A stretch of DNA of 64,000 bases from Kiritimatiellia bacterium (GCA_041602695.1 JBFIFS010000003.1:678-64677), one strand, 5' to 3'. Positions 18,296 to 31,555 are shown, counted from the stretch's first letter. A program made the numbers and translations. Notes: a model not told the origin generated them from the letters alone.

Positions 18296-19699
18296 ATGAA
18301 TAAAGCAAAGAACAAAGACAGCGGCAACGCGGCCCTGCTGCGCAGCATACCGGGCGTGGACGTGCTGCTGAAACAGGCGGAACTGCAGGCCGAGATCGAG
18401 CAGCACGGCATAAGCATTGTTACGGGAATTATCAAGGAATCGCTTGGCTTCCTTCGCGAGCAAATCAAAAGCAAAGGCAAAGGCGACACATCCTCGGAAT
18501 CTATCGTCACAGACTGCAAACGCCGGCTGGAACTGTCCCTTCAGCCGCGATTACGCCACGCAGTGAACGCTACGGGCATAATCCTGCATACCGGGCTTGG
18601 GCGGTCCCCTATCCCGCAGGCTGGACTCGACAGGCTGTCGGACTGCACGACGTTCTGCAACCTCCAGGCCGATCTGGAATCGGGAAAGAGGTCACGCCGC
18701 GAAGCCAACCTGACTGAAACGGTGAAGGCATTGACGGGCGCCGAAGACGCCATAGTTGTAAACAACTGTGCCGGCGCCACGATGCTTGTCCTGAAGGCCC
18801 TTGCGCGGGGGAGAGAAGTCGTGGTCTCCAGGGGCGAGCTCATCGAGATAGGCGGCTCTTTTCGTCTTCCGGACATCATGAAGGAGAGCGGAGCGGTCCT
18901 CAATGAGGTAGGATCAACTAACAAGACCCACCCGAAGGATTACGAATCTGCTGTAAGCGACAAAACCGCCGTGCTCTTCAAGGCACATAAGAGCAATTAC
19001 AGCATTGTGGGGTTTTCACAGGAAGTGACAATCGATGTGATCGCCGGAATTGGAAAGAAGCACGGCGTCACGGTGGTTGACGACCTCGGCTGCGGCGCGC
19101 TCGTCAATACGGAGAACTACGGCCTGCCGCACGAAGTAACGGTCCGGGAATCACTTGAAGCCGGCGCGGACGTAGCGCTGTTCAGCACAGACAAGCTCAT
19201 CGGCGGGCCGCAGGGCGGCATGATCGTCGGAAAGAAGGAGATAATTGAAAAGATCCGCAAGGACCCAATGTACAGGATCCTGCGAATCTGCAAACTGACT
19301 CTATCGGCACTGGAAGGAACACTAAAGCTCTTCACCCAGCCGGAGCTGCTGGAACGGAAACACCCCCTCTACGCGACACTTGCCAGGCAGCCGGCCGACA
19401 TCACCGGACAGGCAAAGCGGATTGCTGACGAGCTTAGCAGGACCCAGCCCGGCTGGAAGGTTGAGGCCGTAGAAACCACCTCGATCCTCGGCGGCGGCTC
19501 ACTGCCCGGCGCCGAGCTGCCGTCCAGCGGAGTTTCAATAACTGCTGACGGACTGTCAGCGCAGGCGCTCGCATCCTCGTTCCGCAACTCGCCGACTCCG
19601 GTGTTCGGCCGGATAGAAAAAGAAACGTTCATACTGGATGTGCGAACAGTTACAGAGCAGGATGAAAAGGCAATAATCAAGACAGCTGAAAACTTATGA
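18296..19699 (+). CDS. selA: L-seryl-tRNA(Sec) selenium transferase
   Basis: NATGIILHTGLGRS and FSTDKLIGGPQGG (PLP-Lys). AAGGAGG SD. 467 aa. Confidence 0.9.
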   Translation: MNKAKNKDSGNAALLRSIPGVDVLLKQAELQAEIEQHGISIVTGIIKESLGFLREQIKSKGKGDTSSESIVTDCKRRLELSLQPRLRHAVNATGIILHTGLGRSPIPQAGLDRLSDCTTFCNLQADLESGKRSRREANLTETVKALTGAEDAIVVNNCAGATMLVLKALARGREVVVSRGELIEIGGSFRLPDIMKESGAVLNEVGSTNKTHPKDYESAVSDKTAVLFKAHKSNYSIVGFSQEVTIDVIAGIGKKHGVTVVDDLGCGALVNTENYGLPHEVTVRESLEAGADVALFSTDKLIGGPQGGMIVGKKEIIEKIRKDPMYRILRICKLTLSALEGTLKLFTQPELLERKHPLYATLARQPADITGQAKRIADELSRTQPGWKVEAVETTSILGGGSLPGAELPSSGVSITADGLSAQALASSFRNSPTPVFGRIEKETFILDVRTVTEQDEKAIIKTAENL

Positions 19700-21666
19700 G
19701 CAAGGCCAGGAAGACAGCATGCGGCGGGGGCGCACCACAGGCCCAGGAAAGCCCTGACGCCCGTACCGTTTGCCTCACGGTCGGTACGGCAGGGCATATA
19801 GATCATGGGAAGACGCAGCTGACCATCTTCCTCACCGGCTGCAATACGGACCGACTTCCTGAAGAGAAGTCACGCGGCATGACCATTGACCTTGGCTTCG
19901 CCACATGCATCCTCCCTGACAATCGAAGAATCGGGATCGTGGACGTGCCAGGGCACGAAAAATTTGTCCACAACATGGTCGCTGGAGCCACAGGCATTGA
20001 TGTTGTGCTGCTCGTTATAGCTGCTGACGACGGCGTTATGCCGCAGACCATTGAGCATTTCCATATTGTCCGCCTCCTTGGAATCAAGGCAGGCATGATA
20101 GCGATCACAAAGACAGACCTTGTCGACAGCGCCCGCGTCGAGACAGTCAGGGCCCAGGCGGAGCAGCTTGTGGCCGGGAGCTTCCTCGACGGCGCGCCCA
20201 TCGTGCCCCTTTCAACGAAGACTGGCGAAGGATACGATGAGTTCTATACGAAGTTTGTTGAACTCGTAGACCATATGGCTGAGCGAGAATCTTCCGGCCC
20301 ATTCCGAATGCACGTTGAGCGCGCGTTCGTGTTGAAGGGCCTGGGCACGATCGTCTCGGGCATCCCGGTGTCAGGCCGGATCACACAGGGAGACACGCTC
20401 GAGCTTCTGCCTGAAGGGCGGAAGGTGAGAGTAAAGGGGCTGCAGGTCTACGGCCAGAAATCCAGGGAAGGCCTTTCCGGGGAATGTGTTGCTATAAACC
20501 TGGCGGACATCCAGCATACCGAGCTGCACCGGGGAATGCAGCTCTGCGCTCCGGGGTTCTTCGAATCCGCGCGCTTCTTCGACGTGCGCTTCTTTTCCCT
20601 GCCCTCCGTCGGGAAACCGCTCAAGCCGAGACAGCAGATACGCCTGCACCTGGGAACGTCGGATGTCCCCGGCCATCTTGTTTTGCCCACTAACGAACCG
20701 CTCAAACCGGGTGAGGAGACATACGCGCAGCTCCAGATGAAACGCGGCGTGGTTGCCGCACCCGGCGATTCGTTCATACTCAGGACCCTCAGCCCCATCA
20801 CGACTGTAGGGGGCGGCTATGTCGTCTCACCTGACGACAAGCGCCTGCGCAGAAGACACAGCGACTCTTGGGCCAACTCGCTCGAAGAAAAGGAGCGTGT
20901 CATGGACAGCGTGTCCGATACGATTATGCAGGCCTTCTCAACTGAGAGCCCCATTCCGCTCGGCCTCGATGACATCGCAAAAGCTGCGCTGCTCCATGAG
21001 GACGCCCTGGGCGAGGACATTTCGAAACTTATTGAAAGCGGCAGGCTCAGGCTGACAGCCAAGCGCAAATATGTGAGCAAAGACATGATAGAAAGGGCCG
21101 AAACAGTGATCGTAGACCGCATTACGGCCCTTCACAAAGAAGTGCAGCTGTCGGCGGGTTTTTCGAAGAAAGAGATCTATTCATCGCTGTCCGCCAATCA
21201 CGATATCATGGACATGGCCCTTGAATCGCTCATAGAAAAGAAGGTCATCACCCGCTCCACTCACGGCTATTTCATAACCTCCATGGCGCCGGCACTCTCT
21301 GACGCGCAGGCGAAGATAGCGGAAAAGATACTCAGCCTTTACTCTGAAACACGCTTCAAGAGTCCACGGAGGGACGAGGTGCCAGAAAGGGTTGCTGCAC
21401 CCGAAAAGGCTTCCGGCAAGATCATGAACTACCTCCTGCAAACCGGCAGGCTGGTCGACATCGGCAGCGGAGTCATTCTGCATGAAGATGTCATCGAGGA
21501 ATCGAAGGCCATAATCTCCGACTATCTCGCCGAACATGACTCGCTTGACGCGGCATCCTTCAAGAACCTGATAGACTCATCCCGTAAATATGCTATTCCA
21601 CTGCTTGAATACTGGGACGGCAAGGGGCTCACGAAGCGAATTGGAAACAGCAGAATACTGAAGTAA
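19696..21666 (+). CDS. selB: selenocysteine-specific translation elongation factor
   Basis: G domain (GTAGHIDHGKT, DVPGHEKF, TKTD) plus a long C-terminal winged-helix region. ATGA overlap with selA. 656 aa. Confidence 0.9.
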   Translation: MSKARKTACGGGAPQAQESPDARTVCLTVGTAGHIDHGKTQLTIFLTGCNTDRLPEEKSRGMTIDLGFATCILPDNRRIGIVDVPGHEKFVHNMVAGATGIDVVLLVIAADDGVMPQTIEHFHIVRLLGIKAGMIAITKTDLVDSARVETVRAQAEQLVAGSFLDGAPIVPLSTKTGEGYDEFYTKFVELVDHMAERESSGPFRMHVERAFVLKGLGTIVSGIPVSGRITQGDTLELLPEGRKVRVKGLQVYGQKSREGLSGECVAINLADIQHTELHRGMQLCAPGFFESARFFDVRFFSLPSVGKPLKPRQQIRLHLGTSDVPGHLVLPTNEPLKPGEETYAQLQMKRGVVAAPGDSFILRTLSPITTVGGGYVVSPDDKRLRRRHSDSWANSLEEKERVMDSVSDTIMQAFSTESPIPLGLDDIAKAALLHEDALGEDISKLIESGRLRLTAKRKYVSKDMIERAETVIVDRITALHKEVQLSAGFSKKEIYSSLSANHDIMDMALESLIEKKVITRSTHGYFITSMAPALSDAQAKIAEKILSLYSETRFKSPRRDEVPERVAAPEKASGKIMNYLLQTGRLVDIGSGVILHEDVIEESKAIISDYLAEHDSLDAASFKNLIDSSRKYAIPLLEYWDGKGLTKRIGNSRILK

Positions 21667-21677
21667 AGGAACCTAAT

Positions 21678-23255
21678 ATGGACCCTAAGGAAAAACGCAA
21701 GAGAGTGATGACCCGCTCTATCAAGCTGGGCCACTGCGTATGCGACCCGAAGAAGCCGTGCCCCTGCCCACTCTTTGAAGAGAAGAACATATGCACCTGC
21801 GCCGGGGAGCGGGAGCCCGTGGAAAGGTCCTCGTCAGGTGTGCGCCTGACGGATTTTGTGAGGGCCGCCGGATGCGCCAGCAAGATCGGACAGAAAGACC
21901 TGCACGAAGTGCTCAAACTCCTCCCGGAGGTAAATGACCCTCGACTGCTGGTCGGTATAGCAACTGCCGATGACGCCGGCGTGTTTCAGCTTACAGACGA
22001 CACCGCGGTTGTCCAGACGGTAGACGTCTTTACGCCTGGCGTCAACGACCCGCACACCTTCGGACGTATCGCCGCGTGCAATTCCCTCAGCGATGTCTAC
22101 GCCATGGGCGGAAAGCCCGTTACTGCCCTGTCGATAATTGGATTCCCGATCTACTCCCTTCCGCACGAGGTCATGGCTGACATTATCAAGGGCGGAATGG
22201 AAGTGCTCAAGGAAGCCGGCACCATCCTGCTCGGCGGGCACAGTATCAATGACGAGGAGATCAAGTTCGGCTTCGCGGTTACAGGTCTTATCGGTAAAGA
22301 CGCGCTAATCACAAACAGCGGCGCGCAGCCCGGCGATGTGGTAGTCTTGACCAAGGCCCTGGGCACCGGAATCATTTCCCTGGCGGACCAGATCAACAAG
22401 GCATCTGCCGAGTCAATAGCCGCCCTTTCCGAATCAATGTCCACGCTTAACCGGATTCCGTCGGAGATCATGACGGAATGCGGGGCACACGCCTGTACCG
22501 ACGTAACGGGGTTCGGGCTCCTCGGACACATGGCGCAGGTCGTAAAGGAGAGCGGCGTGACTGTCGAAATCAGCACTGAGGCGCTGCCGCTGCTGCCGTC
22601 CGTGATGGAATACGCCGAGGGCGGCATGTATTCCGGCGCCAACGAACGAAATGCCGAATACAGCGCGCCCGTCACTGAATTCGATGAGAGCATTCCGGAA
22701 CACGTCAGGGCCATACTTTATGACGCCCAGACTTCCGGAGGTTTGCTCATATTCTTCCCGCCCGAACGCGCAGACGAGGCCTTGCAGAAAATGCATGACC
22801 AGGGCGTGGGCTACGCGTCAGTAATAGGCCGCGTCACCGAAGCGTCTGAAGGCAGAATAATCATCAAGAGCTCGATCGACTCAACAACCAATCCAAATGA
22901 AAAGACAACAGGCAAACCATCGTCCGCAAAGGATGAGGAGGACAATGAAATGACGAATGAAGCATGCTGCACGCACGACGCCCCAACGGGGGAAGCCGGC
23001 GATCCTATCCAGAAGTTCAAGAATTTCATATCATCAACACTGCAGCCGGGCGCGATTGATGTTGTCTCCAAAGAGCTTATTGCGCTGGCACTGAGCATAG
23101 GCGTACAGTGTGTGCCATGCTCGAAGATGCACGTGAAGAAGGCGCTCGAGATGGGAATCAGCAAGGAAGAGATCGAAGAGGCGGCCGCAATCTCAATTGC
23201 CTTTGGGGGCTGCAAATCACTTATGCTCTGGATGGAACTCAAGAAGGAGATGTAG
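21678..23255 (+). CDS. selD: selenide,water dikinase fused to an N-terminal Cys-rich module and a C-terminal AhpD/CMD-like CxxC domain
   Basis: SelD core: RLTDFVRAAGCASKIG (Cys form, Cys66) plus AIR-synthase-like repeats. The N-terminus is GHCVCDPKKPCPCPLFEEKNICTC. The C-terminus LIALALSIGVQCVPCSKMH is a carboxymuconolactone-decarboxylase-family motif. Confidence 0.85.
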   Translation: MDPKEKRKRVMTRSIKLGHCVCDPKKPCPCPLFEEKNICTCAGEREPVERSSSGVRLTDFVRAAGCASKIGQKDLHEVLKLLPEVNDPRLLVGIATADDAGVFQLTDDTAVVQTVDVFTPGVNDPHTFGRIAACNSLSDVYAMGGKPVTALSIIGFPIYSLPHEVMADIIKGGMEVLKEAGTILLGGHSINDEEIKFGFAVTGLIGKDALITNSGAQPGDVVVLTKALGTGIISLADQINKASAESIAALSESMSTLNRIPSEIMTECGAHACTDVTGFGLLGHMAQVVKESGVTVEISTEALPLLPSVMEYAEGGMYSGANERNAEYSAPVTEFDESIPEHVRAILYDAQTSGGLLIFFPPERADEALQKMHDQGVGYASVIGRVTEASEGRIIIKSSIDSTTNPNEKTTGKPSSAKDEEDNEMTNEACCTHDAPTGEAGDPIQKFKNFISSTLQPGAIDVVSKELIALALSIGVQCVPCSKMHVKKALEMGISKEEIEEAAAISIAFGGCKSLMLWMELKKEM

Positions 23256-23258
23256 AGA

Positions 23259-23921
23259 ATGAGCGCTGCTGACAGGGCTTCTTATCTATCTGAAGTATGC
23301 GGGCTCCTCCGGACCCACTGGCCGGAGAACCGGACCGTGAACATCGTCTGCCATGGACACAGCGTTCCGGCGGGCTACTTCGCGACTCCGATGGTTGACA
23401 CAATGAATGCCTACCCTCACCTTCTGCATGCCGGCCTTAAGCAGCGATTCCCCTTTGCCGTCATTAACGTCATAGTCTCTGCCGTCGGCGGAGAGAACTC
23501 CGAATCCGGAGCCAACCGCTTTGATCGTGACGTTCTGTGCCATCGCCCCGACATCATAACCATAGATTACGGGCTTAATGACCGCGGCATCGGACTCGAG
23601 AAGGCGCGCGACGCATGGTCAACAATGATTGAGGCGGGATCGGCGCACGGCGCCAAAATCATCCTCCTTACCCCTACCCTTGACGCCACCCAGGCCGCAT
23701 CTTACAAGGGCGAAGACAAAACTCTGCTCGGTCAGCACGCTGCCCAGATACGCACGCTCGCGGAGGACTTCGGAGTCGGCCTCGCAGACAGCTTTGGCGC
23801 GTGCACGAAGTTTATTTCTGACCGGGACATTTCCGACATCCTGTCGTGGTCAAACCATCCGAACCGGACCGGCCATGAGCTCGTTGCCGGCGAGCTCCTG
23901 CGCTGGTTTCGCGCGGGTTAA
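23259..23921 (+). CDS. SGNH/GDSL-family hydrolase
   Basis: Block I IVCHGHSVPAGY, block III DYGLND, block V NHPNRTGH. 3-nt gap after selD. Confidence 0.7.
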   Translation: MSAADRASYLSEVCGLLRTHWPENRTVNIVCHGHSVPAGYFATPMVDTMNAYPHLLHAGLKQRFPFAVINVIVSAVGGENSESGANRFDRDVLCHRPDIITIDYGLNDRGIGLEKARDAWSTMIEAGSAHGAKIILLTPTLDATQAASYKGEDKTLLGQHAAQIRTLAEDFGVGLADSFGACTKFISDRDISDILSWSNHPNRTGHELVAGELLRWFRAG

Positions 23922-24073
23922 CCGGGGACTGCTGCAGCGCTGTCAATCTGGATTGCAACTGAAGCTTGATGGCCCTATTCTGTTGCCTTAGGGCAGAGTC
24001 GACGACTGCAGAGGCCGTAATACCTTATGATGCTGCGTCTGCGTGCCTATCACAAGAAGACAGGAATAAGTGC

Positions 24074-25210
24074 ATGAATAATCGATCTTTAGTCATAACT
24101 TCACTCTTACTGACCGTTACTGCCGGTTATGCCAATGAAGGGCAACCAGAAATGAAGACGCTCAAACAGACGTTCGCAGATGATTTCCTCATGGGCGCAG
24201 CTATCAGCAAGAGGTCTTTCACCGGTTCGCAGCAGCCAAGGACGGCTCTTGTCGCCCGGCAGTTTAACAGTATTTCTTCATGCAACATGCTGAAATGGGG
24301 CCCTTTCAACCCTAAGCCCGGCGTGTATAACTATGACCTTGCCGATGCCTACGTGGAGTTTGGCAATAAACATAACATGTATGTGGTCGGCCATGTACTC
24401 TTCTGGCACAACCAGACACCAAAATGGGTCTTTGAGGACGATACGGGCAAACAGCTGACGCGTGACGAGCTTCTGGCCAGGATGCGGGAACGCGTAAGGC
24501 ATGTGGCGAAACGTTACGGCAGCCGGATCGACGCCTGGGACGTGGTAAATGAGTCAATCATGGAAAACGGCAAACTCCGCGACAGCATGTGGACAAAGAT
24601 CATCGGCCCCGACTTTATCGAACAGGCCTTTCGAATCGCAGACGAAGAGCTGCCTGCCGATGTTGAACTCTTGTACAACGACTACTCGATGACCGGCAAA
24701 GGCAAGAGGGACGGCGTTATCCGGATGGTCCGGGACCTGAAGAAGAAAGGCATACGCATTGACGGCGTTGGCCTGCAGGGCCACTGGTCAATCAATGGGC
24801 CTTCACCCAGACAGATTGAAGACAGCATCGTCGCTTTCGCCGAGACAGGCGTTGACGTTCACATCACGGAGCTGGACATTGATGTCCTGCCAAGGAAGGC
24901 CGGGATGTATGGCGCTGATGTCTCCAAGCGCTTCGAGCAGGACAAATCAATGAATCCTTACACTGAAGGACTGCCCGATGAGATGCAGCAGCGTCTTGCG
25001 AAGCGGTATGCCGACATCTTTCAGGTTTTTGTGAAACACAGCGACAAGGTAAAAAGAGTGACTTTCTGGGGAGTTGCCGACAGCGACTCCTGGCTGAACA
25101 ACTGGCCAATCAAGGGCAGGACAAGCTATCCGCTTCTTTTCGACAGGGACGGCAAACCCAAGCCGGCCTATCATTCTGTGGTCGGCCTGAAGAAGGACGC
25201 TAACGACTGA
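24074..25210 (+). CDS. secreted GH10 endo-1,4-beta-xylanase
   Basis: WDVVNE (acid/base) and ITELDID (nucleophile). Signal peptide MNNRSLVITSLLLTVTAGYA starts at ATG 24074. Confidence 0.85.
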   Translation: MNNRSLVITSLLLTVTAGYANEGQPEMKTLKQTFADDFLMGAAISKRSFTGSQQPRTALVARQFNSISSCNMLKWGPFNPKPGVYNYDLADAYVEFGNKHNMYVVGHVLFWHNQTPKWVFEDDTGKQLTRDELLARMRERVRHVAKRYGSRIDAWDVVNESIMENGKLRDSMWTKIIGPDFIEQAFRIADEELPADVELLYNDYSMTGKGKRDGVIRMVRDLKKKGIRIDGVGLQGHWSINGPSPRQIEDSIVAFAETGVDVHITELDIDVLPRKAGMYGADVSKRFEQDKSMNPYTEGLPDEMQQRLAKRYADIFQVFVKHSDKVKRVTFWGVADSDSWLNNWPIKGRTSYPLLFDRDGKPKPAYHSVVGLKKDAND

Positions 25211-25232
25211 ACCCGTATATTTATTGCCGCTG

Positions 25233-26192
25233 ATGCACACCCAAGACACTGACAGGATTACTCACTCTCACCTCTTCGCTGAAGACAGCGCGACCGCCGA
25301 GCGCAGGACGATGTGGGTCGCAGTTATCACTGCAGCGACTATGATTGCTGAGATCACTGTGGGCTGGCTTTCCGGCTCGATGGCCCTCCTGGCAGACGGG
25401 TGGCACATGGGCACCCACATGTTTGCACTTGGAATAGCGGCTTTCGCTTATCGGTTTGCGCGGAAACACAGCAACGATCCCTCATTTTGCTTTGGCACGG
25501 GCAAAGTAGCTTCCCTGGCCGGGTTCACCAGCGCCATAGTCCTCGCTTCCATCGCGGCGGGCATGGCCGTGGAAGCCGCTTCCCGGTTCGTCAATCCTGT
25601 GGAAATACAGTTTTCGCAGGCCCTGATTGTGGCGAGTATTGGCTTTGCGGTGAATGTTCTGAGCGCCATCCTCCTACACGGGTCCACTCACAAATCCCAT
25701 GGTCACAAGCACAATCATGATCACAACCTCAGGGCCGCGCTGGTCCATGTCATTGCGGATGCGCTCACATCGCTGCTAGCAATGGCAGCCCTCGTTTGTG
25801 TGCATTTTTGGGGCCTTCGCTGGATGGATCCGGCCGTCGCGCTCGTGGGGTCAGCACTAATTGCAATATGGGCTATTGCCCTTCTTCGTGAATGCGGAAG
25901 GACTCTGCTTGACGCCGGCGTTGACACAGAGACCAGGAACAAGATCAAGATGTGCCTCGAGTCTGATGCGGACAACCGGGTCTCAGACTTGCATGTTTGG
26001 CATGTCGGCAGCAATGCCCTCAGCGTGGCCGCCAGCATAAATACTCATTACCCAAAGCATCCCGACCATTACAGGGCTTTGCTTGCATGCATTCCGGAGG
26101 TCCGACACACAACGATAGAAGTGGCGGGGCGGACCGACAAGCCATGCATTGCTGTAAAGGAAGGTTCGCCAGCGACACGGCGGTCAGATTGA
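25233..26192 (+). CDS. cation diffusion facilitator (CDF) family metal efflux transporter
   Basis: LLADGWHMGTH and HVIADALTS metal-site motifs. His-rich loop HKSHGHKHNHDHN. The track start at 25224 is TTG, so ATG 25233 is used. Confidence 0.8.
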   Translation: MHTQDTDRITHSHLFAEDSATAERRTMWVAVITAATMIAEITVGWLSGSMALLADGWHMGTHMFALGIAAFAYRFARKHSNDPSFCFGTGKVASLAGFTSAIVLASIAAGMAVEAASRFVNPVEIQFSQALIVASIGFAVNVLSAILLHGSTHKSHGHKHNHDHNLRAALVHVIADALTSLLAMAALVCVHFWGLRWMDPAVALVGSALIAIWAIALLRECGRTLLDAGVDTETRNKIKMCLESDADNRVSDLHVWHVGSNALSVAASINTHYPKHPDHYRALLACIPEVRHTTIEVAGRTDKPCIAVKEGSPATRRSD

Positions 26193-26226
26193 TATACTCT
26201 TTCAGACAAACAAAAGGAGAAGAGTT

Positions 26227-26532
26227 ATGATAAGTGTACTTGCGTCAATTCGAGTCAAGCCGGACCATGTTTCGGAATTCATCGAGATGTTCAAAGCCAA
26301 TGTTCCGGCCGTGCGAGAGGAAGCAGGCTGCATTGAATATTTTCCTGCGGTCGACATAGAGGCGGACCTTCCTCCGCAGAAGCTTGACGGCGATATGGTC
26401 ACCGTAATCGAAAAATGGGAAAGCCTGGATGCCCTGCGTGATCATCTGGCGGCGCCGCATATGGTCGCCTACAAGGAAAAGACCAGGGACATGGTCGAAG
26501 AAGTCTCCCTCAAAGTCCTTCAGGAAGCGTAA
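26227..26532 (+). CDS. antibiotic-biosynthesis-monooxygenase (ABM) domain protein
   Basis: 101 aa with a ferredoxin-like ABM pattern (IRVKP...F...EEAGCIEY...EKWESLDALRDHLAAPH). Good SD. Confidence 0.7.
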   Translation: MISVLASIRVKPDHVSEFIEMFKANVPAVREEAGCIEYFPAVDIEADLPPQKLDGDMVTVIEKWESLDALRDHLAAPHMVAYKEKTRDMVEEVSLKVLQEA

Positions 26533-26533
26533 A

Positions 26534-27658
26534 ATGACAGACAGACGATACGATGTAGCAGCCTATATCTGGCCCTCCTATCATTACGAACCGCGCTGTG
26601 AACACTTCTGGCCGGAAAAAGACGGCGAGTGGTACACCGTCCGGCGAGCGACCCCGCGCTTTCCGGGCCATCAAATGCCGCGTGTTCCCCTTCTGGGCTA
26701 TCAGGACGAGGCGGATCCTGCGGTCATGAAACAGCACGTAGAGCTGGCGCTCAACCATGGCGTTAACCTCTTCATCGTGGACTGGTACTGGTACGAAAAC
26801 GCTCCCTGTTTCGAGCGGCAGCTTAACGAGGGACTGATACCGGCGCTCAGGGGCACCGACTGTAAATTCTACCTGATGTGGGCCAATCATGACGTTAACA
26901 CTCTCTGGAACATGCACGAGGACACCTATTGGGACGGCAAGGCTCCCGTCCTCTGGCGATCACAGGTTGCAAGAGAGGAACTCGAGCCGATGTTCGACCG
27001 GATCGTCGACAAGTATCTGGGTCTCGACAGTTATTACCGAATCGACGGCAAACCTGTCTTCTCGATCTTTAATTATCCGGACCTTTTAAATGGCCTCGGC
27101 GGTGTAGAGCAAACAGTCGACGCTTTCGAATGGATGCGAAAGCGATGCGTTGATGAAGGGCTGCATGGCCTCGACATCCAGGCTATTGCGAAACTAGGGG
27201 GCGGCGGTGTCGAGGCCGGGTTCAAGCTGGCTGAGGACAAGAGGTTCCAGACGGCCCAGGCCCTGGGTTTTGACAGCTCTACATCCTACCAGTTCTGCAT
27301 GGACGCGAGCGGCAATGGTGAATACAGCGAATGGTGCGAAAAAGCCATGAAAGCATGGAAGAATAATGAGACGGCATACGGTACTTATTACCCCCACGTC
27401 TCTATTGGCTGGGACAATACGCACCGCAACCCGTCCTTCGGAGAGGAGTGCGTCGTCAAAAACGCGACTCCCGATGCCTTCGAGGCCGCGCTCAGGAAAG
27501 CCAGGCAGTGGCTGGACGAAAGACCCCATCAGGCGCCTCTCCTGACAATAAACAGCTGGAACGAATGGACTGAAGGCAGCTACCTCCTGCCAGACGAGCT
27601 CTGGGGCTACGGATACCTGGAAGCCGTAAGGAATGTGTTTGGGACGTCACAGACATAG
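26534..27658 (+). CDS. GH99-like / WbsX-family glycosyl hydrolase-like protein
   Basis: AAYIWPSYH...GYQDEADPAVM...GVNLFIVDWYWY resembles the WbsX (PF14307-like) family, from memory. ATG 26534. Confidence 0.55.
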   Translation: MTDRRYDVAAYIWPSYHYEPRCEHFWPEKDGEWYTVRRATPRFPGHQMPRVPLLGYQDEADPAVMKQHVELALNHGVNLFIVDWYWYENAPCFERQLNEGLIPALRGTDCKFYLMWANHDVNTLWNMHEDTYWDGKAPVLWRSQVAREELEPMFDRIVDKYLGLDSYYRIDGKPVFSIFNYPDLLNGLGGVEQTVDAFEWMRKRCVDEGLHGLDIQAIAKLGGGGVEAGFKLAEDKRFQTAQALGFDSSTSYQFCMDASGNGEYSEWCEKAMKAWKNNETAYGTYYPHVSIGWDNTHRNPSFGEECVVKNATPDAFEAALRKARQWLDERPHQAPLLTINSWNEWTEGSYLLPDELWGYGYLEAVRNVFGTSQT

Positions 27659-27772
27659 AAAATAAGAAATTTCCCGAAAAATCAGCAATTGTTTTGCAAT
27701 TGCGCCTTGGTTTTTTGTCCCATTTATGCATTATATGTCGCTTTCGTGGCTATGCATTGGTAAATTTTTGGG

Positions 27773-28312
27773 ATGGCAAAGAGGGTAATCAGTTTAAGCA
27801 AGGTGGGCGCTTCAGCGTCCGGTCCGCCAGGGGATCTGGTTCTTCAGGGGCCCCGGAAACCGATCCGTTTGGGCCAACAGGAGGCCCCTTCGGAAGACCT
27901 TTCACGCACGCAGCCGATGAAGCGCATAGTGGTCGCGGCTGGAGCCCAAAAGAGGCGCGTAACGGGCGCTGCTCGCACCACAAGGGCCGGAGCAGCGAGT
28001 TCCCAGCAACAGCAGCGCAAGCCTGTAAAGAAATCGAGTGGGCCGCCGCTGTGGCTCATACCTGTTGGAATCATCGGCCTGGTCATCCTGATTGTGATCA
28101 TTGTTTCCGCGACGTCCAACGCAAAGAGAGACCCCTATTTCTCAGGCGGGCCTGTCGTGCAGCAGCAGACCCAGCAGCCTCAACGCATGAGGCGGGATGT
28201 GGAGCGCCCGATGAAGGAATGGATGGAGCGGCATGGAGAGAGCGATATGGCCAAGCAGCGCCGCGAAAGGATGCATGGCCGGGGCCGAACCAACACCAGC
28301 AATGGCCAGTAG
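27773..28312 (+). CDS. hypothetical single-pass membrane protein (basic/Gln-rich)
   Basis: One clear TM helix, LWLIPVGIIGLVILIVIIVSA. Preferred over the overlapping 27694 frame, which is Arg/Gly/Ala junk-like. Confidence 0.5.
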   Translation: MAKRVISLSKVGASASGPPGDLVLQGPRKPIRLGQQEAPSEDLSRTQPMKRIVVAAGAQKRRVTGAARTTRAGAASSQQQQRKPVKKSSGPPLWLIPVGIIGLVILIVIIVSATSNAKRDPYFSGGPVVQQQTQQPQRMRRDVERPMKEWMERHGESDMAKQRRERMHGRGRTNTSNGQ

Positions 28313-28422
28313 ACGGCGCCCGACAAGGCATATTCTCATTCCCGCCTACGCTGACGGCCTTCACCCGGCTCCTGAGGACGTTGGGAGTTGAATCGTTCAG
28401 GTCCTTGTGATAAGAAATCGTC

Positions 28423-31555
<3,133 letters not shown>

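Noticed and set aside
17273-18463. 396-aa ORF on the minus strand spanning the activase, tRNA-Sec and the selA start
   Set aside because: It is antisense to three well-supported features. Its translation is Ala/Ser/Pro/Arg-rich low complexity, typical of the antisense frame of GC-rich genes. No SD or recognisable motif.
27694-28410. 238-aa ORF overlapping 27773-28312 in another frame
   Set aside because: Its composition is Arg/Gly/Ala/Pro-rich with no TM segment or motif. The 27773 frame has a clean TM helix and is preferred. Neither frame has strong start-site support.
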